Under the pieces are notes generated by a model that worked only from the letters and a program-made list of their open reading frames with translations, searched no databases and was not told the DNA's origin. Made by a program: the position numbers and the translations under genes. DNA of 64,000 nt from Eledone cirrhosa (taxonomy: Eukaryota), in assembly GCA_964016885.1 (NCBI GenBank), contig CAXHJY010000529.1, forward strand, positions 39,025 through 103,024, written 5' to 3'. Below are positions 11,152 through 25,577 of this stretch, one piece after another. The stretch's first letter is position 1. Each line of letters starts with the position of its first letter.

Positions 11152-13877
11152 CACTATGTATGCGTGTGTGCCTGAAGCACTAAAAGATATGTAGGAAAAG
11201 GTAGGGGGGGGTATGTATTGTCATTAACGGTAATGGGTTGTGTTTGCTTATTGCACATTAAGTTTCCCAGGAATCAGACTCCAGTCACTCAGTCTGACTG
11301 ACTGCAAGGTTATCAATATATTTGTCATCAGTTCGATCAGTACAGCAATCATTTACATAATCACTTCTCCTCTTAGGAGAAGTGATTATGTAAATGATTC
11401 ATAGCGTTATTGTTGCTGTTGTTGCTGTTACTGTATTTTGTGTTTGTGTATATATATGATGGTGGTATGGTGGTAATGGTGGTGGTGGTATGGTGGTGGT
11501 GGTGGTGATGGTGGTATGGTGGTGGTGGTGATGGTGGTATGGTGGTATGGTGGTGGTGGTGGTAATGGTGGTGGTGGTGGTGGTATGGTGGTGGTGGTGG
11601 TGGTGGAATAAAGAATTGCCGCAATGACAGGCAGACAAGGTGGGGTGGGGTGGGGTAGGAGGGTGGTGTGGGTGAGAAGAAGGAACGTGAAATGAAATAT
11701 GGCAGCTGGAAAGGTGGTGATGGTGATGGTGATGATGGTGTATGGTAATGGAATGAGAGACAGGGGGGGGGGGACATTAAAATGACGTCTATAGCGTAAG
11801 AGTAGCAGTGAGAGAGAGAGAGGGAGGGGGGAGAATAAGGGCTAGAAGGGAAACTTCAAGACGTCAGATTGATAGAGAGATAGGCAGGAGAGTTAATCCG
11901 GAGAAAGAGACAAGGGGACAGAGGGGGAAGGAGAGGGAGAGAGCAGGAGGGGGAGAGAGAGGGAGAGAGCAGGAGGGGGAGAGGGGCGGAAAGGGAGATC
12001 AGTCAATGCGTTTAAAATGATACATGAAGGTGACTGGTGGCGCTGCGGTGCTAGAGATGCTTATTATTGGTTATTGATTGACGTCTTAGGATCAGACACG
12101 ATAGAAACTTTACCCCCACCTCCACCAGGCACGATAGAAACCCTCCACCCCCGCTACCAACCATCACCACCACCACGATAGAAACATTCCGCTCTCCACC
12201 ACCACCACCACCATCATCATCACCACCACATTAGGATCAGACACGATAGAAACGACCCCCCCCCCCCTCCACCACATATATATTACATAAGGTCACTAGA
12301 AGAAGAAAGAAAAAAAGAACGAGAAGCGGAAGAATAAATAAGAGAAATGTGAAAAAGAAAAAGAAGGATAAGGAGAAAGAGAAGAAAGCAAAGAAGAAGG
12401 TAAAGAAGGCAAAGAAGAAGGTAAAGAAGGCAAAGAAGAAGGTAAAGAAGGCAAAGAAGAAGAAGGTAAAGAAGGCAAAGAAGAAGAAAAAAAAGAAAAA
12501 GAAGAAAAGCGGAATAGAAGGTAGGAGAAGAAGGAAACTGTGGGAAGGGAAGTTACCTACTTCTTTTGTTTGTTGTTGTTGTTGTTGTGATGATGGAAGG
12601 AGAAAAGTAGATTGAAAAGATCGACATAGTTAGATAAGGATATGGCGGGGGGGGGGGGGGTGACGTAATAGAAAGATGGGGAGGAGGAGGAGGAGGAGGA
12701 GGAAGGTAGTAGAGAAAAAATAAAAAACGAACGATAAAAAAACTAGGAGAATGTGAGTGGTGAGGGTGGTGGTGGTGTGATGGGGAGGGGGAAGGTAGTG
12801 TGTGGTAGTGGAGGGTGAGGGTGGTGGTGGTGGGATTTTGTGATAGGGGAGGGAGGTGGTGGTGTGTCGGTTACGGTAGAAGCAGTATCGTAATGAAATA
12901 GAGAACGAACTTATAACTGAAGAGATAGTGGAAACTGGGTATAGTGATATTGTAGTGGGGGGTGAGGTATAGTGGTGGGATGGGGAAAGACGATAATATT
13001 GGGTGTGGCAGATTCCCTGTGTGTGTGTGTGAGTATGTATGAATGTGTATATGTGTGTAATGTGACAAAGTTCAGGAAACAGATTGCAGTTTTTCGGAGA
13101 GAGGGGAGGGATGCTGTTACGTAGTTGATTTTTTTCTAAAACCCATGTTCTTTTATTTTATAAATCCTCACCCTCAACCCACCAAAAAACCAGCCAACCA
13201 ACCATCCAGCCCACCCACTAACCCACCAACCAACCAACCCATCATCTATCCCATCTACTCCCCCACAAACCCACCAACACACCAGCCAACCAATCCACCA
13301 TCCAACGAACCTACCAACCCACCCACCTGTCAACCTCCCAACCAACCAACCAACCAACCCACCTACCTACCAAACCCCAGCCAACCCACCCACCAACCAA
13401 CCAATCCACCTACCAACCCCCAACCAACCCACCCACCTGCCAACCCACCAACCAACCAATCCACCTACCAACCCCCACCTTCCAACCCACCAATCCATCT
13501 ACCAACCCCCCAACCAACCAACCTACCAACCAACCAAGCCCCCAACCCACCCCCAAACCTACCAACCACCAGCCAACCAACCCTACTAAAAAATGATAAA
13601 CGTGGAAAATATGCAGAGTCAACAGTTAGTAATGTAATTAAATGAACGTAAAGAAAGAGAAAAAAAAAGAACAGAACAAAAAAAAAAACATGCCTTCCGC
13701 GTTTCTCGGTTTTATATAGGCTACACATACACACACACACACCCACACACACACACATTTGCGACACACAGACACACATTTGCGACATACACTCACATGT
13801 ATTTGCGACACACACACAGACACATACATTTGCAATAGACACATGTATTTGCCACACATACACACACATGTATTTGC

Positions 13878-13909
<32 letters not shown>

Positions 13910-14959
13910 TTTGCAATAAACACACACGTATCTGCAACACACACATACACACATTTGCAATAAACACACACGTATCTGCAACACACACATACACACATTT
14001 GCAATAGACACACACGTATCTGCAACACACAGACATCGTATCTGCTAAAATCGAATTATTTCTCAATTGCTCTATATTCGCCTGTCTACATATATATGGT
14101 TCTTTTCTACCCCTCCCTCCTCTCCCCCACCATCCCACCACCCCACACTCTCTACCTCCCCCCACCACCCCACACTCTCTATCTCTCCCCCTCCTATCCT
14201 CTATCCAGAATTGGCAGTATCGGTAGAGTGTTGGACGCCATGCTTTCCAGCATAGTTACGACCCTTTATGATCTGAGTTCAAGTCCCGCCGAGGTTAACT
14301 TTGCCTTTCACCCTTACGGGGTCGATAAAAATAAAGTACCAGTAATGCACTGGGATAATTGCTGGCTTTGTGCTAAAAATAGAAACAATTATTATTATTA
14401 TGCAATATATAAGGTGGTATCAGTATCGGTAGAGCGCTGGACAACATGCTTTGCGGCATATGGTTACGTCCCTTTATGTTCACCCTTACAGGGTCAATAA
14501 AATAAAGTACCAGTAATGCACTGGTGTCGATTTAATCGACTTTCCCTACACTTCCACCAAAGTTGCTGGCCTTGTGCCTCAATCAGAAACCAATATTTCT
14601 ACATCAATTCAAACATTAAATGTGTTGTTGGTTTTCTTATTTCCTAAAACTAATAATTATTCACTTCAGACTTGAAGACGAGGCAAAGTAAACATTCTGA
14701 CCTCCAGTTTTGTATTTTCTGTTTGTTTCATTCACGAGTGACGTAAATGGTAAGAGATTAATTAGTTTCCAATTGGAAGCAATTGTAATGATATATAGTC
14801 AGAATCTCGCTCACTTGAGGCTTATCATTTCATCTACGGCCGCTTGCCACCACGTAAAATACAGTTGAATTGTTTCTAACTTTGTAACTAGATAGGACAT
14901 TTTAGGAGGGATGAAAAGTAGTGAATTTCTTCTAGGAAAGAATTAAACACAATATCTAA

Positions 14960-15550
14960 AACGTATATATAGTGTATATATATATAGCTATGACTTCTAA
15001 TACGTATATATACAGTGTATATATATAGCTATGACTTCTAATACGTATATATATAGTGTATCTATAGCTATGACTTCTAATACGTATATATATATATATA
15101 TACAGTGTATCTTATAGCTATGACTTCTAATACGTATATGTATAGTGTATATACAGTGTATATATAGCTATGACTTCTAATACGTATATACAGTGTATAT
15201 AGCTAAGACATGCGATGCCCCAGCACGGCCTCAGCCGGGTGGCTGGAACAGGTAAAAAAATATATATAGTGTATATATAGCTATGACTTCTAATACGTAT
15301 ATATACAGGGTATATATAGCTATGACTTCTAATACGTATGTATGCAGTGTATATATAGCTATGACTTCTAATACGTATGTATACAGGGTATATATAGCTA
15401 TGACTTCTAATACGTATGTATGCAGTGTATATATAGCTATGACTTGTAAAACCTATATATACAGTGTATATATAGGTATGACTTTTAAATAATATATGTA
15501 TATATGGTGTAAACAGCTAAGACATGTAAAACGTATATATACAGTGTATA
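14960..15550. repeat. ~39-bp minisatellite, interrupted by a SINE tail
   Basis: Unit tatagctatgacttctaatacgtatatatacagtgtata. Confidence 0.9.
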
Positions 15551-15940
15551 TAACCAACTTCTGAATAATAATTAACCATATACAATGTATGTAGTTAAGA
15601 TTTCTAAATAATAATAATAATAATAAAACCGTAATTATATTATCTTAAGTTTACCCTAACCTTCAAATATTCGCTGTATTCTTGTATAAATATTACAATT
15701 GAATTATGTCACCAAACGTATGAGTGCCATGTAAATTAATGTGAACATTTAAGATATTCCTTATGACATATTTAATAATGTATTCGTCATATACTTCCCT
15801 ACACGGAATCGGAGGGGGGGGGGGGTAAATATTTATTCGCTGACGAGGATGCAATAACGTCGGAAATGCTTTATGTAACTTGTCTTTGTAATGCCCCCCC
15901 ACCCCATTCGGTGCCCTAGTGGAAAATATAAGAAATCTTT

Positions 15941-15990
<50 letters not shown>

Positions 15991-16459
15991 ACGCATTAAA
16001 AACAAACTCAGGCTAAAATAACCAAAGCACTAAACACAAACGTCAGTTGCTCTCACAATGGTTGCTAAGATTGTAACTTATCTGACGGACATAAATGTTA
16101 CTCGGTCACTGATAATATTCACTTCTAAAGCTGTATACACACACACACACACACTTACAGAGTAGTGTACAATACACGACACACACATTCACACACTTAC
16201 AGAGTAGTGTACAATACACACACTCACTCACACGACACACACTCAGTCACACACGACACATACACATGACATATATCTTAGCAACTAAGGAAGATATTCG
16301 GTGACAATGACAATCGGTTTAACGCCTAAATATAATCTGAAGTATTAATCGGAAGTAAACAAATGAAGCTGCCTCTCGTTCAGAAAACCCAGCTTACTAT
16401 AGACAGAGGATCATTATATAGGTTTACAGGATTTAATACAGAGAGAGAGAGAGAGACAG

Positions 16460-16493
<34 letters not shown>

Positions 16494-17896
16494 AGACAGA
16501 GACAGGGAGTGCGCATATAAATATCAGCAACTTATACTATGTTTAGAGACGGTAAATTGGCAGAGTCGTTAGAACGTCAGATAAAATGCTGTGTGTTATT
16601 AGTTCCAGATCTCTACTCTCTGAGTTCAAATCCTGACGAAGCTAACTTTGCTTGTCATCGTTTCAAGACCGAGGGGAAAAATCTACCAGTTTAATACTGG
16701 GGTCAAATCTTCCCCCATATCTCTTTCTCATTTTCCATTCTCTCAATCTCCCTAACTTTCTCTTGAATAAATCTGGCGTATTCAGATATGGAGAGGTTTT
16801 TTAATGTCCTAGAAACGTCCTATGTCAATACGGTGGCAGTCGTAGGGGTGCCGTATTGACATATGGCTATCGCAATGATATATATGCCTGGGTGGGGGTA
16901 AAACACCCAAGGAGTGCAGAACACCAGGCGCAAGCCCGTTCATGGTCACAGCAGACAGAACAGAGAAAGTGTTACCCCACCGGAGGAGAGCGACGAGGGA
17001 GACACATTGAAATAACCATCCCAACTCGCGAGGGTCACTCCGGTCGATGGTCAACTCCTCTCCAATACCACACAGCTAGTGTGGAAATGGTTCAGGTTCA
17101 GGGGAACCAAGAAAGCCAGAAAGTCTCCACCATTATAGAGACTTCAGTCTGCCGGAAATTAACGTGAAATACAAAACGAGGCATTGAAAGAGAAACCTAA
17201 ACAGACGAAATACGAAATATCACCGAAAGAAAGACTAAAACAAAAAATAATAATATAGGCTCTCACACTGGAAACATCAGCAAAATATTGAATTTTATAG
17301 ATATTGAGATAAGCAATAAAGCATCATACATCACATGAGCTTGAACCAAAAAAAAAACAAGAGAAAAATGAATAGATCCATGATACTACTACTACTACTA
17401 CTACTACTACTGTTACTATTATTAACACACAAAAATATGTAAATATGCATATGTGTCTGTGTGTCTATCTATGTTAGTAAGCCAAATGTAAAAATATATA
17501 ATAATAATAATAATAATATATAATAATAAACTAACAAAGAAGTTTGAGTGAAGTAAGGCTATCGGGTGACATAGAAAAACAATGTAACTCTTTATGAGGC
17601 GATTCTCTGCGTGTCAGACAGCAGTTTCAAATGCATCACTGAACGGTTTCATCAGTTGTAAGAGAGAGAGACACAGCTGTTGTTGTTGTTGTTGTTGTTG
17701 TTGCTGCTCTTTGTAATGGTTGTTAAGAAGGATTTGTTTTTGGAGTGCATAAAAATATCCCAAGTGCATTTGGCAATCTGAAACCTTACCCAAAACTAGA
17801 TTGCTATGGCTTTTAGTCTTTCTCTCTTTCTTCTTCATCTTCTTCTTCCATACAAATGAGCTGGCTGTGCGTGTTTGTAGGTGTATGTAACTTACG

Positions 17897-17932
<36 letters not shown>

Positions 17933-19548
17933 ATGCATGTAGGCATGTGTATATATATGTTATGTATGCATGTATATGTATGTGTTATGTGTGGGTGGAT
18001 GCATGTATATATATGTTATGTATGTATATGTATGTATGTGTATATATATATATATATGTTATACATATGTTATGTATGTATATATGTATATATATGTTAT
18101 CTATGTATGTATGGTATGTATGTAAGTATATATATGTTACGTATGTATAAATGTTATATATATGCCTGTTATGTTATGTATGTGTTGTGTTATGTTGACG
18201 AGGTGTAAGAGATAGTAAATGTTTCATTCTGTTGATCAAAAGAGTCAGGTAACATTGCCAAGTAGTCTAAAAGAATGAATGTACCTGTTAATGAATGAGA
18301 CAAGGTAGACCAACGTAAAGTCGGCCGCTCTTTCATTAACGTCAACAAAACAATGATTCGCCGCCTCCTCCACCGTAAGAATGTCTAATGAAACAAATAT
18401 AGCATTTATCCACCCCGTCACAGTAGCTTTCAAACACGCAAACACATACACACATACACTCACACACATACACTCAAATACACATACACACATACACTCA
18501 CACACATACACTCAAATACACTCACACACATACTCTAACACACAAACACACTCATACACTCACACAAACACATATACACTCACAAGCTAACGAGGAAGTC
18601 TCTGCGCTGTCAATTTCTTTCGCAAGAAACAGCAGCTAAATATCCATTGAATCTCAGCCTACCGTGTCTTTACAAAACAAACAACAAAAGGTGGCGAGTG
18701 GGGCAGAAAGAACGCTGGATAAGGTAATTCTGGAAACTGGATAACGAAGTGGGACCAAAGATCTCCCCGAGACTTTGTTTAAAAAGGTATCTAGGTTGAC
18801 AAAGGTATCTAGGTTCGTTAACTTATGATCTATTGTGGTCGTACTAGTCTAACCCATTTCTTAAATGAAATAAAATGTTTCGCTGTTGAGGTCTTATAAG
18901 ACCAAAACATGTCCATTGTCATCACCAAGATGGCCGTCTAACATCTTTATATCCGATATCAAGCTGGTTATATATGAAGACTTTAGGTATTTTTTTGTCA
19001 CTCATTCTGATGACATGAGCAGCCCAACATAGTTGTGATTGCATGAGAAGGTACCATCGTATGACGATGATGATGATGACATTAGCAAACTTGCACATGG
19101 AACAACGAACACAAAGGAAGACAAACTAACACTCACACCCACTGTGGTTAGGGGAGGGCCGGGGGGGGGGGAGTTTGTCTTGTTATATTCAGATCGTAAA
19201 ACACCTTCAATAAAATATGGCGCTCAGACAGTTTACTGCTAGAGAGGGGGGAGGTGGAGAATACGACTAATGCAGCAAACACCTGTGCAGTTGTTGCACT
19301 TGTTGCAGTTGTTGTCTATAACCTTTTATGTCTATAACTAACATACACAGACTGTATTAAAGTAGTTATGTGCATGGTAAACATTTATAGAATTGACAAA
19401 CGTGTCTGCAAACGTGGAGTGTGTGTGTAGGTGGAGATGTCTGTAGGTGGCGGGCTCACGACTTGCAAGAAATAGCAGTTATATCACCCTCAGTCCACAT
19501 TGCCCCGGCCTTAGGAATGAGGCTCATCGGAGATACAGAGTGAATGAA

Positions 19549-19587
<39 letters not shown>

Positions 19588-19596
19588 AGAAAAGAG

Positions 19597-19644
<48 letters not shown>

Positions 19645-19682
19645 GTGAGTGAGTGAGTGAGAGAGAGAGAAAGAGAGAGAGT

Positions 19683-19758
<76 letters not shown>

Positions 19759-20700
19759 TACTATGCAGGAGTTTGTAAAATTGTGAAAAGTACGCGTGTC
19801 GCAACGATCAAGTGTGTGGTTTATAGCAGACAGATTTTAAAAGGTCGCCTTTGTAGAACTGCTTGCATGTGTCGGGTGGAGGTGGAGGTGAAGGTGTCGG
19901 GTGGATGTGAAGGTGTCGGGTGGAGGTGAAGGTGTCGGGTGGAGGTGATGGTGGCGGCAGCAGGCGGTGGTGGAGACGGGTATGGAAACAAGGAACGGCG
20001 TGCGCTTGCTATTTCTTCGCACAGTATATAAGAAAGATATTTGAAGAGATTGAGGATGTGTGAAAGAGGGGGTGGAGGAAGAGATGGAAAAAATAAGATA
20101 AAATGAGAGAGATAGAGAGGGAGAGAAAGAGAGATAGAGAGGGAGAGAGAGAGAGATGAAAGACAGAGCTGACGTAAGAGAAAGATTGACGTAAATGCTA
20201 GGCAGCCTTACGTGTCGTTCTAGTTTACTTCAGGTTTGCCTGCTTCTTAAATTACGACAGTAATGGAAACAATAATAATAATAATAATTGTTTCTACTTT
20301 AGGCACAAGGCCAGCAATTACCCAGTACATTACTGGTACTTTATTTTATTGACTCCGTAAGGATGAAAGGCAAAGTTAACCTCACAGGATTTGAACTCAG
20401 AACATAAAGGGCCGTAACACTATGCTGCAAAGCACGGTGTCTGACGTTATATCGATACTGCTAATAATAATAATAATGTTTCTACTTTTGGCACAAGGCC
20501 AGCAATTACCCCACTATATTACTGGTACTTTATTTTATCGACCCTTAGTAATGATATTAATAATAAAGAAGAAACGAAGAAGGGAGAGAGAGAGAGAGAA
20601 AGAAAGAAGGACATAGAAAGAGAGGAGTGAGAGAGAGAGAGGGAGATCTGTTGATAAATATCAGTAAAGAGAGCAACGATCTAAAAGTAAAACTCGTTGA

Positions 20701-21590
20701 AACCACCATCACACAAACCACCATCACACAAACCACCATTACATAAACCACAATCACACAAACCACAATCACACATCACACATCACACAAACCACCATCA
20801 CACAAACCACAATCACACAAACCACAATCACACAAACCACAATCACACAAACCACAATCACAATCACACAAACCACAATCACACAAACCACAATCACACA
20901 AACCACAATCACACAAACCACAATCACACAAACCACAATCACACAAACCACAATCACACAAACCACAATCACACAAACCACCATCACACAAACCACAATC
21001 ACACAAACCACAATCACACAAACCACAATCACAATCACACAAACCACAATCACACAAACCACAATCACACAAACCACAATCACACAAACCACAATCACAC
21101 AAACCACCATCACACAAACCACAATCACACAAACCACAATCACAATCACACAAACCACAATCACACAAACCACAATCACACAAACCACAATCACACAAAC
21201 CACAATCACACAAACCACAATCACACAAACCACAATCACACAAACCACCATCACACAAACCACCATCACACATCACACATCACACAAACCACCATCACAC
21301 AAACCACAATCACACAAACCACCATCACACAAACCACAATCACACAAACCACAATCACACAAACCACAATCACACAAACCACAATCACACAAACCACCAT
21401 CACACAAACCACCATCACACATCACACATCACACAAACCACCATCACACAAACCACAATCACACAAACCACCATCACACAAACCACAATCAGACAAACCA
21501 CAATCACACAAACCACCATCACACAAACCACCATCACACAAACCACCATCACACAAACCACCATCACACAAACCACCATCACACAAACCA
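20701..21590. repeat. 15-bp minisatellite
   Basis: Unit aaaccac(a/c)atcacac. Confidence 0.97.
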
Positions 21591-21864
21591 CGATCTACGT
21601 GACTATCCCTATCGATCAGATCGTTAGTGACCGCGGGAGGCTTATCAACACTTGTATGGATAACGAGTGTGTCTGTGTCTGCCTGTGTGTGCCTATCTAC
21701 ACACGTACGGATGTTGGTGTGTGTGTGTGTGTGTGTGTGCCTATCAACACACGTATGGATATATATGTGTATGTGTGCCTATCAACACACGTATGGATGT
21801 GTATGTGTGCGCGCGCCTATCAACACGCTATGGATATATATATGTGTATGTGTGCAGTTGTTTA

Positions 21865-21930
<66 letters not shown>

Positions 21931-22057
21931 ACAGAGGAAATATTTATTAGAATGCTGTTGAAATGTCTATACATATTTTGAGACACCCTGCACTTCCACC
22001 AAGCGTGAACCTAATATAACTGTACAATTGCCGTCTTTTGTTTGTTCATTTTTCAAC

Positions 22058-22143
<86 letters not shown>

Positions 22144-23003
22144 TGATGGTAGCTAAGATGCTTCCATATCTATCTCTCTCACACACTTACACCTCTCCAA
22201 GACAATGTCACTGGACCGAGATCTTTGGCGCTACGCAGTAATACAGAAGACCCGCCTTGCCTAAGTACAAAGCGAAACCTACAGTCAGTAGGCACCTCTT
22301 ACCAAAATACACCCCCGTCCCAACCCTACCCCCATCCCCATCTACACCACCCCTTTCGATGTAAAGCTATGTTGGCACCACAACATCCAGTCCTAAATAA
22401 ATGAGGTCGTGTAGGTGTCACGACAAAAAGTACACACAGTCCACGCTGTAATGTGGCCGTGTAGGTAACACGGTAAAAACCTCCCAGTCCACACTGTAAA
22501 CGTGGTTGGTGTTAGGAAGGGCATCTAGCCGTAGAAAACCCGCCAGACAGTTCTGAGCAAGACAACCAATCTTGCCTCAAGTGGGACAATTTCCCGTCCA
22601 GACCCATGCTAGCGTGGAAAATGGACGTTAAACGATGATGACGATGATGATGATAGATATCAAACCTAGTGTCGTTGGTAGAGTGTCAACCGCCCAGGAC
22701 AACCTTTCAGTTTACACCACCTACACACAACACAACATATTTCTGGATTATACAAAATAACCGAATGTACTCCCCACCCCCTCTCATACACGCACACGGC
22801 CCCTAGCTTGGCTGCTGAACCAAAAAGAAAAACCTAAAGTACCCATTCTGGGGTTAAAAGGGTTAGAAAGAGGAAACAACGGTGTGTTTGGAGAATTTCA
22901 CTGAAATTCTTTGTGTATCTCTATCGTTGATCTACCGATTTAGATAGATCTCATTCTCTCCCTCTTTCTCCTTTTCTGTAAGACAGATATATATATATAT
23001 ATA

Positions 23004-23194
23004 TAACAAAGGAATTGTGGTAAGGAACCAGATGGACCATAACGCACCAGAGTACTCAATACTTAAGGTAGTAGAGTGGGAAATAGGAAAAAGTATGACC
23101 CCGACGGCAGAGCTCAAGCCGTTTCGACGGCTATTTCTGGTCCAGAAATAGCCGTCGAAACGGCTTGAGCTCTGCCGTCGGGGTCATACTTTTT

Positions 23195-23199
<5 letters not shown>
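23004..23199 (-). mobile_element. Short (TA)n-embedded PLE-like element with a 58-bp fold-back
   Basis: Related copies at 10901-10976, 48383-48507 and 48590-48675 share the gagtactcaatacttagggtagtagagt block. All abut TA tracts. Confidence 0.55.
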
Positions 23200-23242
<43 letters not shown>

Positions 23243-23287
23243 TGAGATTCTACAGGACTAGAACTGTTTCATTCTTTAGAAATCAAC

Positions 23288-23321
23288 CTGATGATTTCTA
23301 AAGAATGAAACAGTTCTAGTC
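23288..23321 (+). ncRNA. Degenerate minimal hammerhead inside a fold-back palindrome
   Basis: CTGATGA-T-TTC-TAAA-GAA-T-GAAAC-AGTT-CTA. Helix III is imperfect. Confidence 0.5.
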
Positions 23322-23414
23322 CTGTAGAATCTCATCTATATTAAAACTTTTATACTCTGCTATGTATTGAGTACCTTACTTACTGTGGTTACCTCCGATT
23401 CAACCCGGAATAAC

Positions 23415-23489
<75 letters not shown>

Positions 23490-24394
23490 TCCTTGTCTGT
23501 CTATCTCTGTCCACACACTCCCTCCATATACCCTCTCTTCTTCTCTGTCTCCCTCTCTTCACTCACACACTCCTTCCATATCCCCCGTCTTCCTCTCTCT
23601 CTCTCTCTCTCTTTCTCTCTCCCTGTATGTGTGTGTCTCTCTGTCTCTCTCTCCCTGTCTGTGTGTGTGTCTCTCTCTCTCTCTATCTGTCTCTCTCTCC
23701 CTGTCTGTGTGTGTGTGTGTCTCTTTCTATCTGTCTGTGTGTGTGTGTCTCTCTCTCTCTCTCTGTCTGTCTGTGTGTCCCTCTCTCTCTCTGTCTGTGT
23801 GTCCCTCTCTCTCCCTGTCTGTGTGTCTCACTCTCTCTCTCTCTGTGTCTCACTCTCTCTGTCTGTGTCTCACTCTCTCCCTCTGTCTGTGTGTCTCACT
23901 CTCTCTCTCTGTCTGTGTGTGTCTCTCTCTCTATCTGTGTCTCACTCTCTCTCTCTGTCTGTGTGTCTCACTCTCTCTCTCTCTGTCTGTGTGTGTCTCT
24001 CTCTCCCTCTCTCCCTCTCTCCAGTCACCTCAGTCATAACATATTATTACATGGAAGAGGGAGACAGCAGCAATGTTGTTTGAGAAGCAAATCACGATTC
24101 TTCTCAGAAACTCATTTGAAGCGTGCTGAACATCATAGTAGTATTTACTGGGACATACATACACATACACATATATTGACATACACACACACACACACAC
24201 ATATATTTACATATATATATATTGACATACATACATAGACACACACGCACATATTTACATATATATATATATTGACATACATACATAGACACACACACAC
24301 ATATTTACATATATATATATTGACATACATACATAGATACACACACACATATTTACATATATATATATATAGAGAGAGACATACATATGTACAT

Positions 24395-24485
<91 letters not shown>

Positions 24486-25464
24486 TATTTAATGGGACAT
24501 ACATACATATACACACTGGCAAGTACGCACGGACACCTATGGAAGCACGCAAGCAAATATACATACACACACACAGATAGATAGATAGATATATACGTAC
24601 GTACACACAGACACACATATACCCACACACACACACACACACACACAAGCACGTACTACTGCTGTATGTCCTACGCTAGAGTCGAGTCGTTTAAAGTCAC
24701 GCACGTTCAGCTGAAACGGTCAGTCGACGATAGTAGAGAGAGAGAGGAGGCGAGAGAGAGAGAGATAGAGCAGAGAGAACAGAGAGAGGGAGGAGAGAGA
24801 GAGAACAGAGAGAAGGAGGAGAGAGAGAGAACAGAGAGAGGGAGGAGAGAGAGAGAGCAGAGATAGGGAGGAGAGAGAGTTGTAATTAATTGAATAGCTA
24901 CTTGCATTATGTCTGTCCCAGTATTTTGTAGGCTCCAGTGAAATTTCTATGATTTATTGTTGCTAACTTCGCTAAGAATAGATGCCGATTAGATTGCTTC
25001 CTACAACTGACACTACACTACTACACATTTCACACCATTCTCCCTACCTCTCCTATATAAACTGCTATAGCTACCACCACTACTACTATTACCAGCACCA
25101 TTACCACCACTACCAGCACCACTACTACCCCCACACCATTTATATAAATACGTATATAAATAAAATCCATCAAATCTTTCCTTTCCTATTAAAAAAATAA
25201 TAAAATAAACTAAAGAACAAATAAACAAACAAATTTCTTCAGTCGTCAATCTTCAAGTTAAGTTTTGCGACCAACATAGAGAGAGGATACACACATACAC
25301 ACACACACACACAGATATACACATATATATACACGCATACTAACGTACGTGCACACAAGCACACTAATACACACACACACACAGAAGCTTTATATAAATC
25401 GACAACATTATCAACAAAATAAAACGAAACTGCTAACTTAAACAACGACAATATCCAACCAGTA

Positions 25465-25577
25465 ATGGCGTCCGTGTTTGCGAGGCGTCATACAAATTTC
25501 AGCCGTTCAGCCATCTCACTGAGATCAGTAATGGAATGTCATCCTATACATTTATCTTCATTCTGCTCCTGTGTTTT
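25465..25577 (+). CDS. Candidate first coding exon of a plus-strand gene (MASVFARRHTNFSRSAISLRSVMECHPIHLSSFCSCV, or MSSYTFIFILLLCF from ATG 25536)
   Basis: ATG in agtaATGG context, open frame to a strong donor TTT|gtgagt. Preceded by unique UTR-like sequence. Confidence 0.4.

Noticed and set aside
12349-12615. Lysine-rich histone-H1/protamine-like ORF (KKVKKAK repeats)
   Set aside because: It derives from a 21-bp purine-rich tandem repeat, with a non-ATG start and no globular domain.
20025-20195. TATA box plus TGACGTAA (CRE-like) sites as a promoter
   Set aside because: Short motifs expected by chance in AT-rich DNA. The CRE-like sites lie downstream of the plus-strand TATA and no linked exon was found.
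1818-24652. Many long ORFs rich in YI, CV, HT, SL, polyL/V/T or TNHNH repeats
   Set aside because: They are translations of micro- and minisatellites lacking stop codons, with no splice or codon-complexity support.
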